A stretch of DNA of 64,000 nt from Laetmonice hystrix (taxonomy: Eukaryota), in assembly GCA_965235115.1 (NCBI GenBank), contig OZ249440.1, positions 34,660,001 to 34,724,000 of the forward strand, given 5' to 3'. How positions within the stretch are numbered: position 1 is the first letter of the stretch; each line of letters begins with the position of its first letter. Positions 62,843-64,000 of this stretch are shown one piece after another. Below the pieces are notes generated by a model, which was not told the origin of the DNA, searched no databases, and saw only the letters and a list, made by a program, of their open reading frames with translations. The position numbers and the translations under genes are program-made.

Positions 62843-64000
62843 AATACAATACAATAATACAATATTTTTTTATTTCTCAACAACAAACCCTTTCGGGGTA
62901 TAGGAGAAATTTATAAAGCAATTTTGGCCTCGCAGGGCACAGCACATACACGGAAAACATTGACATTGACACCGGTTCTGTAAACCTAAAAAGCGCTCAT
63001 AATAATTTTAACAAAGTTCGTCAACTTAGTAAGCCATTTTTTACTATGTATGTTATATACTTTGTCCATTTTTAATATATTGGGACGTCTCAAATAATAT
63101 GGCTTAATAGATCCTTTCACCATTAAAGAAACTACAATTAAACAAGTAGTGAAATTCATCTCCTACCTCGTTTAGGGTACAGAGGTTACATACCCATTCA
63201 GATCTCGTTATGCCCTGGAATCTGCCTCTGTTTACAGGCAGTCGGTGATTTCCGCATCTAAACCTTGTTAAACTAATTCGAGGCCCAGGATCTAAGAGTA
63301 ACAAATAGTTTTCCAATTTGTGTTCATATTTAAATATTCTGCAGGCGCGGATCCAGGGGGGGGGGGGTTCGAATGCCCCCCTTGGGCATGAAAGTGCTTC
63401 ATTTCTACTATAAAACTGCCCTCTCCCAACGTCAGTCACTCAGCATGTGCCCTTTGAGAAGACCCTGAACCCCCCCCCCCCCTTAAAGAAATCCTGGATC
63501 CGCGCCTGTTCTGTAACTTGTACATAATCTGTTTGTAAATACGTCCTCGTGCCAGTTTTGCTTAAAAATGTAATTTAGTTTTAATCCAACGGATAATTTA
63601 ACCCAGTCACAGCTCACAATATTTTCATAAGTCCAGAGATTGGGGTTACCACTTTCATTTAATACCGTTTTAATAATGTTTAACCATTTAGATTGATACG
63701 TCCCATTTTCCATCATTCTTCTGAGTAACTTATATATGATATTTGAGATTTTACTCTGCTTACCCTGGATAATTTTACTCCGAAAGGTCACCATTCTCTG
63801 CTGTACATAGATACTTCTATTTTTGTTTGACCTAGTTCGCCGTACACCATACAGTTAGCTGTAGCTTTATTTAATTTTAACAGCCTTCTACAGAATTGTC
63901 GGTAAAAGACTTCTATTTGTGTTAAATTTTCAAACCCCCATACCTCACACCCATACAACAAAATTGGTTTAACCAACTGGTCAAACAGTTGCACAACAAT
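62843..64000 (-). mobile_element. LINE 3' portion (RTEX/CR1-like ORF2 C-terminus with CCHC finger and tandem-repeat tail), runs off the window
   Basis: LVKPILLYGCEVWG, VYGELG, LTRFRCGNHRLP..GR..CNLC..GDEFHYLFNC; (ATTGT)n-like tail at 62843-62863. Confidence 0.8.
63342..63508. mobile_element. MITE with 5-bp TSD inserted in the LINE ORF
   Basis: CAGGCGCGGATCCAGG...CCTGGATCCGCGCCTG; TSD TTCTG. Confidence 0.9.

Overview
Eukaryotic, repeat-saturated DNA, most likely from an invertebrate animal (spliceosomal introns, no operons). No intact host gene is recognisable; nearly the whole window is nested mobile elements. The centrepiece is a ~19.7-kb Polinton/Maverick (endogenous polintovirus) at 27404-47074, with AGTAGT...ACTACT termini and long TIRs. 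It carries an intact major capsid ORF, a frameshifted adenain-type protease and a deleted integrase/core-protein region. Its protein-primed DNA polymerase B gene can be reassembled by eye from 9 exons and 8 GT-AG introns, all phase-compatible, one splitting the catalytic DTDS motif, and it is spliced to an N-terminal zinc-finger module. The element also carries a spliced CARD-like + PC4 + PC4 gene. Around it are an intact pogo/Tigger element inside an intron of a dead hAT transposase, a PAT-like tyrosine-recombinase retroelement inserted in a THAP domain, two Sola2-like transposase relics, Academ-like foldback elements, a non-autonomous LTR element, an Ngaro-like RT-RNaseH fragment, a Helentron-like HINE, LINE fragments and many MITEs with readable target-site duplications. 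Family names come from motif recognition only; no database search was run.
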